Positions 11,995 to 25,312 of a DNA stretch of 64,000 nucleotides are shown piece after piece; within the stretch, counting starts at the first letter, position 1; every line of letters begins with the position of its first letter. The stretch spans positions 5,270,001-5,334,000 of the forward strand of contig NC_092680.1 of NCBI RefSeq assembly GCF_964355755.1, given 5' to 3'. Made by a program: the position numbers and the translations under genes. The notes under the pieces are model-generated. The model had not been told where the DNA came from. It was given only the letters and a program-made list of their open reading frames with translations, and searched no databases. The DNA comes from Antedon mediterranea. Lineage: Eukaryota > Animalia > Echinodermata.

Positions 11995-14900
11995 ATACCG
12001 TCTTAAATTATTGAGGTAAGCATGCTAACCCAATGTAATTCAAAACATACAGATCACATAATATTCATGGCACCAGAACGAGTTTCGGTTTTGATAGTTT
12101 ATAATGTGAACCAGTTCCACTAGATATTGAGTCAAATTTAGCGCTCTGTCCAGTGCTTTCCAAATATGTGTGTGAAACTACAATTAATAATAGAGATCGC
12201 TTGGGATTTGTTTCTATCATTCTAATCTTAGCAAACATTCCCAATTTTGTTCCGGTTCCCATGCGGACTAAAGACAGGACCATGCTGATTATATTATAAC
12301 CAGCTGGTGCCTCACATTTTTGAGAATTCCTTTCAACAATCGTATTATAATATTCAGCTATGAAATACTTATAAGATTGATAGCTTACGATTGTGCTAAT
12401 CCGTGCAGCCAGTTCCCATGGCAGGGGTTTCTCACCGAACCATATTGTAATACTTAGCCTAATATCTTTTCATCAGTTAAATTATTATTACTCGTATTTT
12501 ATTAAATTTCTAATTTCTTCTATTTTCTAGGTGAATTAATTTATGGATAACTCCTTGGTGGTGTCACCTTCGATGCGGATGACATTCTCACTACGAGAAG
12601 AACGAAGAATTTCATATGATACCAAACGTAGAAGAACAAAAACTTGATATATGCACAGACGCTTTCAATGACTACATTTCTAAATAATATCCGATCAAAA
12701 TGAAACAAGAACTAAATTTACTGAACAAAGGGAAGTGAAATCCGTGGAAACGTGAACACTGGCAGTTACTATTTGTATTAGAACAATTTTTGTTTTTGAA
12801 ACACCCTAACACCTATATTATACTTGATCGATAGTTAAATATCCTATTCAATTTGTCGGATGTCCGTACACGGTTGTTGAGTGACGTCTATCCCGGAACT
12901 CTTCTTAACCTTGTATACGGCAATATCCGACAAATCATGAATGATTTTTATATTGTCAATTGTGTAAGTTAGGCCTACAGTAACGTACAATAGCAATGGG
13001 TTGACTCTCTTGTGTTCAACTGTCTCTTGGGTTTTAGTAATGTTGAATAAACGGATTCCAATCGATAATATTCATAATGACATTTCTAATAACCACTTAT
13101 TTTAGAAGCAGGTGGTGGGGGGCTATGCCCCAGTGAAACAGGTGTCGAAAGAGAATTTGCACGCCGGTTGACTTGCCACTCCACAGGAATGTCGGTTTGA
13201 CAGATCTCACGCCGGGCTTTAATGATTTGGGGCATTCCTTTAATAACACTCGGCTCGTAAAATCCATGACGGCTGTTTTGCAAATTCTTTTTCGACTAAA
13301 CAATAGTTTAAAACTGTGTTTGATAAAATGTTCAGTTTCTACTATTTTTTGTTGTGTTTTAAGAATGTTGTTTAAGTGTTATGGCCACTTACAGGGCGTT
13401 AGTCGTCTTGTAATGGCGACACAATTCTTTAGTTTATTTTGTTATAAACGTACGGTAAATTAGGGTAGCTCATAATACGATGCCTAGCCCTAGTATGTTG
13501 TAATTGTATACAAAAACATAGCCAAAGGGGACTACAACATAATTAACCTGATCTTGAGTTACATCCTCTGTTTCTTCTGCTTCTAAAATATCAACCAAAT
13601 GGGACCAAGCTTAATATAGCCACGTGACCAACATTTACTTCATTTACTCGCTAGAACAAATATAAAATTAAGATTTGTAAAATTAAAAAGCCTTGCATTA
13701 TTATTTTGCAGCGTCGACGACCTAAGGTCGAGAAAAGGATCATTTGGGAAAATGGTTTGAAAATGAAGTTAAATTAATTGTTTATAAGACTAAGAATGGT
13801 CGATTTTATTTGTTACCGTTTGTATATTTGTATAGAGAAATTTTGTATAGCTATAAATGAATGAAAACTTGAAAACGTCTTTTGCCTTTTTATTTTGATC
13901 TTACGACATTTTGATTGCCGCAGTCTTTACGAAAAGGGAAAAGTAACAGGGGGCGCTGTGTCAAAGTAGCTCATAAGTTGAATACGAAAGTCTTCAGGCT
14001 ACAGTAATTGGATTTTCAACAATGACCCCGTATGAAATATGAGCGATTTATGTTTATTTTATTGCAGTAAATGTATATTGCCTGCACAAATCTGAAATCC
14101 AATTTACAATGTATACATTACACTTAATGGAATGAAACCTACGGGTTTTAATCATACGAGCTTATTATAATTTCTTTAATACGTCTTACTGTAGTATCAA
14201 ATATAATAGTAGCCTACGACTAAACCGATAAAACATACATTTTATTAAAATATGCCTCGTACATGCGTAAAATCAACGCCAAAATCATGCATTTTAGAGG
14301 GAAGACGAAAAAGAAACCTAACAAACGTGGATACTCTCCGTGTAGGCTACCGTACCATTAACGTTTGATATTTGACATGACAGACTATAAAAAATACAGC
14401 TACTGACAATAAAATCTTTGAATATACTACATATATTATATGTTTAGGACATCTTATTTTCTGTTTTATATATCTTATCCAGCCTAATTATTGATTTACA
14501 CTTTTCATCGAAGGCTCTTTCAATAAAAGAGAGTGATTAGAGAGCCTAGGCCTACGTTTAAATATATTCTAAGCCAAATCACTATATATAACATTACGAT
14601 ACGATAGTACAGTATATTATGAATTCGCCACCAAAATAACATAATATCATTTTTATATAGTACTGCACATAATAAAACATTCCCTATTGGAATCGATGGA
14701 CGAGTAAGGTATGTTGTTGTCGTCCTCCTCCTGTGTTTACCATTGTTGACACAGTTGTCCCTTATGTTTCTACTTGTGTTGCTGATTCGTGGAGACGCGT
14801 GCTGTTGTGTTGACAACACGCAACCACGACGACCTACCCCCGCCCAATCATAGCGGAGCACAGTCAAGTTTTGACACAGGTGGTAGTTGGGCCTAGTTAG

Positions 14901-15888
14901 AATTCTTAGAATCAATTTCCATCGAATAATACAACCACAATTCCTCTATTTTTTTTTAAAGCACGGCTTTTATCATTGAACATGAGTATTACAATTGTAT
15001 TGGAAATTTGCCCGGTTCACTATATTAATATTAATGTTTGTTGAGCTCTTCTACTTCTTAGCCGGTTATCAATTATAATTTTCTATCGTTAATTATGTTT
15101 TGTACTTATGATGTTGTAAATTTATTGTCACTGGTTGAAATAAAATCTGATTTTAAATAACAATAGAGAAACAGTAGGCCTAAAAAATGTTTTTTTATAC
15201 AAAAAATTGCACAAAAAAGAAAAAATTCCCACAACATATTATATACTACAGTACATTTGTACTTATAAATATTAATCCACAATATGTGGAGATAAAATTC
15301 ACATTATTTTTGTTATACTTTGTTGTTTCTAACTCAAATCTTGAACCGTATGTTAACGGTAATCCTATATCTTAATTATGATGAGTACCGTATACCGTAA
15401 AACATGGACTCATTGACTACATACAATACGAATGCAACATTCATAATAACTACACACCGGGTGTGCATTCACTAAAAGGTGACCACCTTTTTTTAAAGTA
15501 ATTTAATGTGATTAACTTTATTTAAAAGCTCATTGTAACAAAGAGAAACAGTTTCAAGTATTAGATGATGGCGGAGAGAATGATTGCAAATCCATTAGTC
15601 AAGTCGTTGTCATGGCAATTTTGCATTTTCTTGCTTTCTTATTTTGAAAAGGCAAGAACGGTTGAGAGCGATGCTTTATTCTAATTATCATTTATCATCA
15701 TTATTATCCTTCTTCAAGAAAGAAGACAGTTGACGCCATATTAGATTACCTTGTTGCTTTTCCGAGAGCTGCGAGGAAAATTAATGAAAGAAAAACGTTG
15801 TTCGTTGATAATAACCTAATGCATTGAGTATGAAAACAGTAGAAAAAGATTTTCGAAACAAATATTCTTACGTTTATCAGATTCATTA

Positions 15889-16175
15889 ATCATCGTCATC
15901 ATAATCATAATCAACATCATCATCATCATCCTCATCTTCTTCATCATCATCCTCATCTTCCTCATCATCATCCTACTCATCATTATCATCATCATTATCA
16001 TCATCATCAGTATCATCATTATCAGTATCATCGTCATCTTTCTCATCATCATCCTCATCCTCATCATTAATGTTATCATCATCATCAGTATCATCATCAT
16101 CATTATCATCATCATCATCAGTATCATCATCATCGTCATTATCATCATCATCATCATCATTGAGTTTGTCATCGT
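15889..16175. repeat. Degenerate (CAT)n/(ATG)n microsatellite
   Basis: Near-continuous CAT triplets; explains the poly-Met ORF 15816-16172. Confidence 0.95.
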
Positions 16176-18694
16176 TATCTCAATCGTCTCTATGCGTATG
16201 ATGATCGGCCATATTAATGCATGATTATCATCTTCATTATCATCATATTATGATCATCTTGATTTGATTCTCACCCGATCATCGTCATCAACATCGTCAT
16301 CATCATATTCATCATCAACATAAGGTTTTCCACAGTTCTTATAACTCCGTATCAATCTAGGCCTACTTATCTTTTTTTTTTTACAATATCTGCTTTTTTT
16401 CCCAAGCACCATTCATGATTCACATAATATATCTTTGTCATTATTATTACAATGTAATACTAATAACCGTAAAAATAGTTATTGAGCATTGAGTATCGCG
16501 CAGAAATATTACAGGGGGCGCTATGACCGTATTGTTGTCTATTATAGGCCTACACTCAATATTAGACCTTTCAATTGAAAATTATGAATGATTATTTAGT
16601 ATAACAATGTATGTACCAGCATTACTGTTAATACAGCTACAACTTGTATTTCACACTTTTGAAATTGCAAAACTAGACTCGACTCATTCCGCACCTATTT
16701 TTTTAACTTGTCTGGAATGCAGCCGATATTTGAGTAAAGTACTTTTCTTATTTATTAGTGTCTTTATTGAAAGTAAATGAATCTATAAATAGTAAGTTAT
16801 TTAACAATACATCATTTCAATGCGAAATTTATTACCTGTATGCATAATCCACGTTTTAATAAAATAATTTACCGACGAGACAGAAATATCGCCCACTATA
16901 CGATATCAGTCAATGCATTTCTGTTGTTCAATGTTTTGCAATTGTAAATTTGACTTTGACTAAGTCATTAAATTTCGAAAGAATGATACAAATAGGCGAA
17001 AAGAACAAGAACTGAGTGTTTAACGTTACTCATGTTCATAATTCTCTACACGTTTTTAATATTTAGCCAAATCTCAGTAGACGGGTGTAAGATCGTAAAT
17101 CGTATGAAAAAGCAAACACGTTCACTTGTTTGCCGTTAAAAATCCGAATGTCATTTATCATCAATGTTATACGCACGCACGACTAGATGACGGAAGCAAA
17201 TGTAGAATCTTTAATCATGATTTAGCATGCGTTCTTTATGCATACAAATAAGGAGTAATTATACTCCGACCTTTGACCTATGTAAATAAATACCGAGCAG
17301 ATTTTTAAATTATGGAATAAGCAATCTTGTAATCGAATTGAAAGGCACGTTTACGTATACATAATCTAATTGGACATTCACATAAAGTTCGTCTCAACTC
17401 GTACGCTGCATATAGTCTACACATACATTTTCTTTATTTAATTATTTTGTTGAGATTGTGGATGGAATTAAATAATTTTAGGCCTACTATTATTCACATT
17501 TTAAAGCTGCTATAGGCCTACAGTTAGGCATGAATTAATGCAGTCGTTCTTCGATGCCCTGTGTCTATTTGATAGGCCTATACTAATAGCACTGATGGTT
17601 CAGTTTAGTTTTTCCCACACATCATATTAGCGTTTATTTTCATTTAATTATTTATTAATTTTCTTGCAACATGGAGTATAAATTGTAGGTTATTCACAAA
17701 TACAATAAATATTCCATTCCACCCATTCCTTCGTTTGTTGGTTGTCCGTTTCTCTGCTAAGCCACGGCCAGACGTTGGAGAATAACTTACCAATTTCCAA
17801 TCCTTTTTTAATGAAATTCAACTGCGATTTTCTAATGTATTTTCATAACGTTTGTATATTTCAATATAGAAAGTTGAGTTGAGATTTAATTGTCCATTTT
17901 TACTTTCGAAGACATCTTTACAGAGTTGCTATCAATTTGCTGTGATAGATACCTATGGAACGCCGTTGCGTAAACGGCGTTCCATAGATACCGGCATTTT
18001 CAACAATTTATTCATTTCTTGGGTTTATAATAAACTTAATACTTTTGTATAATTTAGAGAAATTTACCGTGACGACTGACCACAAAGTTGCGTGTAGAAA
18101 GCTTGTTTGAGGTTGGAGAACCATTGTTCTGGGCCTTGGCGGACACCTGGTGAATTTTTTGTTTAAAACAATATTCCTCTACCCCTTTTGTATAAAAAGA
18201 TTACAATTTATACAAACACACTATACATATTTATATAGTTTATTATACTTTTCGAATGCTGATTTATTATATTTAATAGTCTAACCACAATCATTTTGTT
18301 TAGACACCAAATAGAATTTGCAGATAAATGAATAAAAAAAGACAAAAACGCCCGAGGAATTAAACTGAAACTAACTAATGAAATAGTATCTGTGAGATGG
18401 TACGATGTTTTAACATTATCTTACAATAACAATAACATAATTTTCTTTCGATTCCAATTCCCATAATGTCATAACTTTTATCCATAATGTCTGTCATATG
18501 ATGCATGAAAGATAAAAGATATTATATATTATTTATGTCACAATGTTAACAGAAGAGAAACCACCGATAAGAAATAATAGGCCCTACAGTAGGCGTGAAA
18601 AAAAAGTATAATCGCCCCAAACAAGATTTGAACTTCGAATCTTCTAGGCCTATATGCAGACAGACTTCGGATGATTAGATGATATCATGGATAT

Positions 18695-18951
18695 GGAGTG
18701 GAGCTGTGGATTGGTGGTTATGATGCTTGGCTACCAATCTAAGGGTCCTGGGTTCAAGTCCTGTCATATGTCAGGGTTTTTTTCTCATGACAATTTACAA
18801 CTCCACTCCCAAAGACTTAATAATAAGTCTTTGTTTATGTAGAGAATCTTGTGTATATGTTTGTCTTGTGAAATTATTAAATAGTTTATCCATCCTGTAA
18901 TTGGCGGGTTACTCGCTGTTGGATGAGTATGAAATAAATAAATAAATAAAT
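18695..18951 (+). mobile_element. tRNA-derived SINE (family A), near full length
   Basis: A-box-like GTGGATTGGTGGTTA, B-box GGTTCAAGTCC and (AAAT)n tail. Homologous to 34050-34216 (-) and 59150-59345 (+), with the shared 3' end ATAGTTTATCCATCCTGTAATTGGCG..GTTGGATGAGTATGAAATAAATA in the latter. Confidence 0.8.
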
Positions 18952-20756
18952 AGGCCTACGGTACCGTATGTTATTATAATAATAAATAAATTATTATTAT
19001 GATAATTATTTCTTATTATTGGTAGGTAATTAATAATGAAGATGACATTCAGGATTGATGCCTAATATGATACGTATGACGTCACTGGTAACTAAAACAA
19101 TAATTATTTGTTAGAGTGTTAAAATACAAAGTACTGTATTCTTTTCAATGAACTTCTGCACTTTCTCTTTTGCTTTTTGTCTGTGCACTTTTAATGAAAA
19201 CACATTTTTAAAGAGGCATGTATCACTTTGTAAACTATAAAGTGAGTCATTTTGATATGTTATAAATGGTACAGTATCTGTACCGTCCCTTTAAGACAAA
19301 AATGTAATATTAATATTAACATACACAGTAGGTCTATACAAATGAAGTATTTTATAATCATAGGCCAATATATTATTGCAAAACATGTAGGCCTACAGCT
19401 GTACTGAGGTGTTTCTTATTTATATTCATATTTCGTAGTCTTAATTAATAATAAATAAATAGGCCTACTACAGCTGAGGAGTTCGTGTTTTAAATGCTCC
19501 GTTCATAAGTGATTTACGCACGTGTGGCGTTTACAGGCGCCGATATAATAATTGTTGCACGTGGTTGGTTTGATCACTTAGAAATCAGTAAACAAAAGGT
19601 ACCGTAATACTACTCCATTTATATTAATTATTATTTAAGATTAATGTTAACAACAGGAACAGTCATAGTCTAAAGCTCTGTCTACACTAGTTTGAAAAAA
19701 GTGTGATGTGCCCAAAAAAGACAAAAACTACAGACTAGTTATACTTTAGGCCTATACCATGCTTTTATACTAGACATAATTAGTCTGGTATAAAAGACCA
19801 CAATGTAAAACAGGTTTTTTTGTCTGATGTTGAAATCCTGGATATGTTACTAAATATGTTAAAATAATAAAAATGGTATAAAGTAAATTGATTGATTGAT
19901 TGTATAGCTGCCCAATTTATGCTTATAGGCCTACCTGTATCTCAATTTCTGCATCTAAGTTAATTATGACGTCATTTAATCAGGACAATTTAATATAACA
20001 CGTGCAAAATTAAGACAATAACGCGTTTTGATTCAGAATCGATGTTGATTACATCACGCCCCCAATTCCATATTCATTGCTCGTGCACCTGTGTAAATAC
20101 ATAGAAAATTGAATTCGATTAATTGCCGTATCAGTCTAATAAATTTCATTCAACGTGTCGTGCGGTACCTCATTGATGGAACTGTTATTAGAAACACGCA
20201 TCAACCATTATTCCTGTATGCATCCACATCAAAAGTGTGTTGTAAACAATTGTATTGAAAATTACAATTAAAATATCAACGTTCCTTTATGAAGTGGACC
20301 AATGCCACAGAATGAATACACCCCATCTTATTCTTGAACCTCCGCCGCCAATTAAAGATGCACTTTGTATTTTTCTTTTTTCTGTAGGCCTACAGACAAA
20401 TTAAAAAAAAAAACCCGAAGAACAGAAAAAGTAAGATAGTTCGGTGACAGCATCACATTCAAACGAAAGGGGATGTTTTGTTTTCATCTGTTTTTTTACT
20501 GGAAATTGATCATGCATGTTGTTCTTTGATGAACATTGAATAATGCTATCATTATTTTTGTCGATTTGTTGAACTGTGCGTAATTCGCACGAGTTTGCGA
20601 ACTGTACCGGTAAATCACAAACTCTGTTACCAAGCCTCTCACCAACCAATATGTTTATATTTATTTATTGATAATGTCATTTTGGAAGTGTTTTTTTTTA
20701 ATTGTTAAAAATGTTTTTACTCGCACTAGTTAAGCTGTGCTCGAGTTATTGGTAAT

Positions 20757-20979
20757 CCGATGTTCCTCTTCGATATAACTCCGATAAATGGCAGGGCTAT
20801 ATCGGATGTAACGTTTAGTTCATATCCATTTGAACGCACGACGGGTTAAATCATATTAGATTTAATTAACTCTCGTATTCCTCCATATTGTTAACTCCGA
20901 TGTTCCTCTCCGATAACTCCGATAGCCCTCAGGGCTATATCTGATGTAACGTATAGTTCATATCCATTTAAAAGCACGA
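20757..20979. repeat. Local direct duplication (~85 bp, ~140 bp period)
   Basis: CCGATGTTCCTCT..AACTCCGATA..CAGGGCTATATC..GATGTAACGT..TAGTTCATATCCATTT..GCACGA at ~20757 and ~20897. Confidence 0.8.
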
Positions 20980-23196
20980 TATAGGCCTATTTAACTCCGA
21001 AAGAGAAGAGTGTGTAAGAATGATTTTTTCCCGCATGAATGGCACCATTTTTACCCACGTGCGCGTGACCCGTGTCCCTTCCTATGTTTTAGTGCACCAT
21101 ACTTAGTCTTTTGTTTGTGCTTATTTTGTTTTTCGTTGATGAAAATAATACCATTTCCATCATTGAAAATGTACACCAATAGGATAGCTATGAACAATAC
21201 GAAGAACAATATGCAGTTGACTCGCTGGAGTTATTAGTTTCATGGCAAAATGTATGTGGTTTCAGTATTACAATTGAATCGATAATACTGTTTCCAAGTC
21301 TTTAAACACCTTACAATGATATCGGATGAGCCGCAAAATAAATGACAACAACTTCATCAATATTTAATTAAGGTGAAGACACCGGAACACGTTTGGATAT
21401 TAACAATTGATAACTTAACAGTTTCAAATGTCAAAAATTGCGATTTATTTAAGATTCAATAGTCTATAATATTATGCTGTACCTGTACCATCACAAAAAA
21501 AGTAATTTCAGTCTATAGTAAGTAATACATTTGAGACAATGGGTAGTTTAAACGGGTAAACTCTTCCACGTGCTGACGATATTGCGATTGAGAGTATCGA
21601 TATCAAATTTAAAGTTCTATCTCAATTGTACTGTATTCCTTGCAACTTTCATCAGTGATTACATTTGTAATGCAGATTACTGTTAGTGTTACAACATTCT
21701 CGTTGGCCACATTTGTATGTAACGGACTTATGTTTATATGTTTATACTTTATTTTAATATTTTATCGAAAATAATTAGATTCTCTTCAGAGTAAACAAAA
21801 GATGAACAACAAGTGGCTTCATATCGATATTAATATAAATATTACTTTGACTTTTATTATAGATATAGTTTGAGTAGTAAAGTAGCCTAGTAAAGCCACT
21901 CATCATATAGGTATTAATGCCAGGATCGATATGAGGAATGCATTATACGCACGAATCTTAGACAACAATATCAAGCCAATAAAAAAAAATAAAGACTATA
22001 AAGTAAACATTATGATTTAAAATAATTGCCTACGTTTTGTCTTTGAATCAAGTTTAGGTAGGCATATTGTCAAGCATGTAGCCTATTTTTACACCCATCC
22101 CTTCCCGCGGAAGCCCTAACTTTATTTATATTTTGAGGCTGTTGAGGCTTGGAACTAAAGAGTTACGGTGCGGATGAAAAAAAAGATAGGAAGGTGGTGT
22201 TTTGGATTATTCCCACACAGGATTATAAAATGCCTAGCGCTCAGTCACACTCATGTGGATGACCATCTCTATACCACAGCTGCTTGGCTTTTGTTTACAG
22301 CATTTTACATAATCCTTCAACACTTGTAACCATATTATATTTGCTTTAAACTTGCTAATCCGAAATAAGTGCGACTGGGAAAACTATGAATTTGATCTTG
22401 TATGTAATATCAATTGATGATGTTTGATTTTCGCATTAGAAACAAGTAAATCGATGCCAATCAAAAGAGATTTGTGTCACAGACACCTGGTAAAGTACCA
22501 AGAGGTTTATTAGGGAATTATCAGGGACCATGTCGAAATTATTCTATTACTGCAGTAACTGCATCTACTCACTGATTTTTTTTTTAAATGTAGAACTGTC
22601 ACTGCAGTAAACAAATTGTATCTTTTAAATAGTGGTACTGACACAGGTTAAAGAAAACGAGATGAAGTTTGAAGATTTGACATGACAAATTTTCATATAA
22701 TTTTGTATAAAAGAAAAAGAAGTATTGAAAAACGAAATTCGTGTAGGCCTAGGCCCATGTGAATATAAATATGAATGATAAGGAAGACATGATATTATGA
22801 TGGTCGTATATCAGATTTTGACTACTTCTGTTTCACACATACAAATAATTTTTTTTTTTTTTATTAATATTCCATGATAAGTAACTGGATATCTTGGGTA
22901 TGTTTCCGGCGCACCTGTACGGTTTCCAAGCCTGTTATCCGCTTTAACAATCGCAATATCCTGTCACTGAGAAGTATAGATTTCAATTGAGAAACAAGCA
23001 GGAGTCATAGATTAAATGAGAGTTAATTAACTTGAACCAATCAGTGGAATTAACATGCTTGACGTAACGCTGCACGACTACAAACAAGTGTTTGTGAAAC
23101 AAAGGACACCACTTAGGTTGAGATCGACTGATGTTTATTGTTATTAATTATTTGTATTAAATATTTATTGTTTTATTCTTATTCCGTATTATTATG

Positions 23197-23294
23197 CATT
23201 GCCATCATATTGATACTCTTGTAAGTCTATACTATAGGTTATACATTGCCATCATATTGATACTCTTGTAAGCCTATACTATAGGCTATACATT
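23197..23294. repeat. 47-bp tandem duplication
   Basis: CATTGCCATCATATTGATACTCTTGTAAG(T/C)CTATACTATAGG(T/C)TATA twice. Confidence 0.9.
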
Positions 23295-23374
23295 AAATCA
23301 TGAAGCAACCCCCCCCCCCCACCCTTTTTCCTGGAGTGCCCTTTTCAAACAGAGTAAAATCAAACATGCCTATG

Positions 23375-23642
23375 TCTCATCAACATCGACTTCATCATCA
23401 TTCTCATCATCATCATCATCGTCATTCTCATGATAATGATCATCATCGTCATCGTCATCATCAGCATCGTCATTCTCATCAACATCATCGTCATTCTCAT
23501 CAACATCATCGTCATTCTAATCATTCTCATCATCGTCATTCTCATCAACATCATCGTCATTCTCTTCATCATCATCATCATCATTCTCATCATCATCATC
23601 ATCATCATCGTCGTCGTCGTCATTTTCATCATCATCATCATT
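23375..23642. repeat. (CAT)n-derived array with CATTCT/CGT variants
   Basis: CAT/CGT/TCT triplets; explains the His-, Met- and Ile-rich ORFs. Confidence 0.95.
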
Positions 23643-24276
23643 CTTTTTTTTGTCTTGTGTGAGTTCTTCTCACGTTTATTTAAATTCTCATTGATGAATA
23701 TAATATATACATATAAGTACATTTGTGACAACTAAAAGTAAGTGTTTAGAGTAGTTAAAATACAGGTATATTTACATAATAAGATGCCAGAATTCAGTAT
23801 TAACCATATATTTTCTCATTTAAAATTTTAGATACGATGTTAATTAAAATGTAGAAATGAAAAATGGCGGTAAAATACATGATTAAAATTTTCTTGTTAA
23901 ACTATCTTATTTGTGTTCTTATTTGTGTTCGAGTAGAGAGGCTATAAACTCAGGGGACGAAAATGTAGTATCCTCCCTGTTCACCAAGATAAGATGGATG
24001 GAATGAAAAAAAGAGGAATGCAATAGGTTGAAAGTTAGTTATTTAGAATGATAGCATGAAATGGTATATTTAATGAAAACCGTAAGGTTAGAGTCCATAC
24101 ACTGTGCAAGTCCAAGATGCAATTTTGGCTCTGTGTGTATGTGAGACGCTTCATACCCGATGTCATCTTAGTACAACTACTACTTACAATTTGTATTTAC
24201 GGTATAACATATTGCAAATATATAAAAATATAATAGAAGTATATATATTGAACAAATACACATACCTATAGATTAA

Positions 24277-25312
24277 ATTCTCATCAACATCAACATCATC
24301 GTCATTTTCATCAACATTATCATCATCGTTATTCTCATCATCGTCATTCTCATCAACATCAACATCATCGTTCTCATCATCATCATCATAATCATCATCA
24401 TCGTCATTCTCATCATCATCGTCATCATCGTCATTCTCATCATCGTCATTCTCATCAACATCAACATCATCGTCATTCTCATCATCATCGTCGTCATTCT
24501 CATCATTATCATCATCGTCAGTCTCATCATCATCGTCATTCTCATCATCATCATCATCGTCGTCGTCATTCTCATCATTTTCATCATCATCATTCTCATC
24601 AACATCATCGTCATTCTCATCAACATCATCATCATCGTTATTCTCATCATCGTCATTCTCATCAACATCAACATCATCGTTCTCATCATCATCATCGTCA
24701 TCATCATAATCATCATCATCGTCATTCTCATCATCGTCATTCTCATCAACATCATCGTCATTCTCATCATCATCGTCGTCATTCTCATCATTATCATCAT
24801 CGTCATTCTCATAATCATCATCATCATCATCGTCATTAATCAACATCATCATCGTCATTCTCATCATCATCGTCATCATCGTCATTCTCATCATCGTCAT
24901 TCTCATCAACATCAACATCATCGTCATTCTCATCATCATCGTCGTCATTCTCATCATTATCATCATCGTCAGTCTCATCATCATCGTTATTCTCATCATC
25001 ATCATCATCGTCGTCGTCATTCTCATCATTTTCATCATCATCATTCTCATCAACATCATCGTCATTCTCATCAACATCATCATCATCGTTATTCTCATCA
25101 TCGTCATTCTCATCAACATCAACATCATCGTTCTCATCATCATCATCGTCATCATCATAATCATCATCATCGTCATTCTCATCATCGTCATTCTCATCAA
25201 CATCATCGTCATTCTCATCATCATCGTCGTCATTCTCATCATTATCATCATCGTCATTCTCATAATCATCATCATCATCATCGTCATTAATCAACATCAT
25301 CATCGTCATTCT
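24277..25312. repeat. ~1 kb (CAT)n-derived array with a 451-bp higher-order duplication
   Basis: Unique marker TTAATCAACATCATCATCGTCATT at 24836 and 25287; the variant order is repeated. Confidence 0.95.

Noticed and set aside
15816-16172. Poly-Met ORF
   Set aside because: Translation of a (CAT)n microsatellite.
18610-18648. Minus-strand GTTCAAATC..GGGGCG resembling a tRNA 3' half
   Set aside because: No 5' half or cloverleaf; at most a decayed SINE fragment.
23300-23735. His-rich, Met-rich and Ile-rich ORFs
   Set aside because: Different frames of the same microsatellite.
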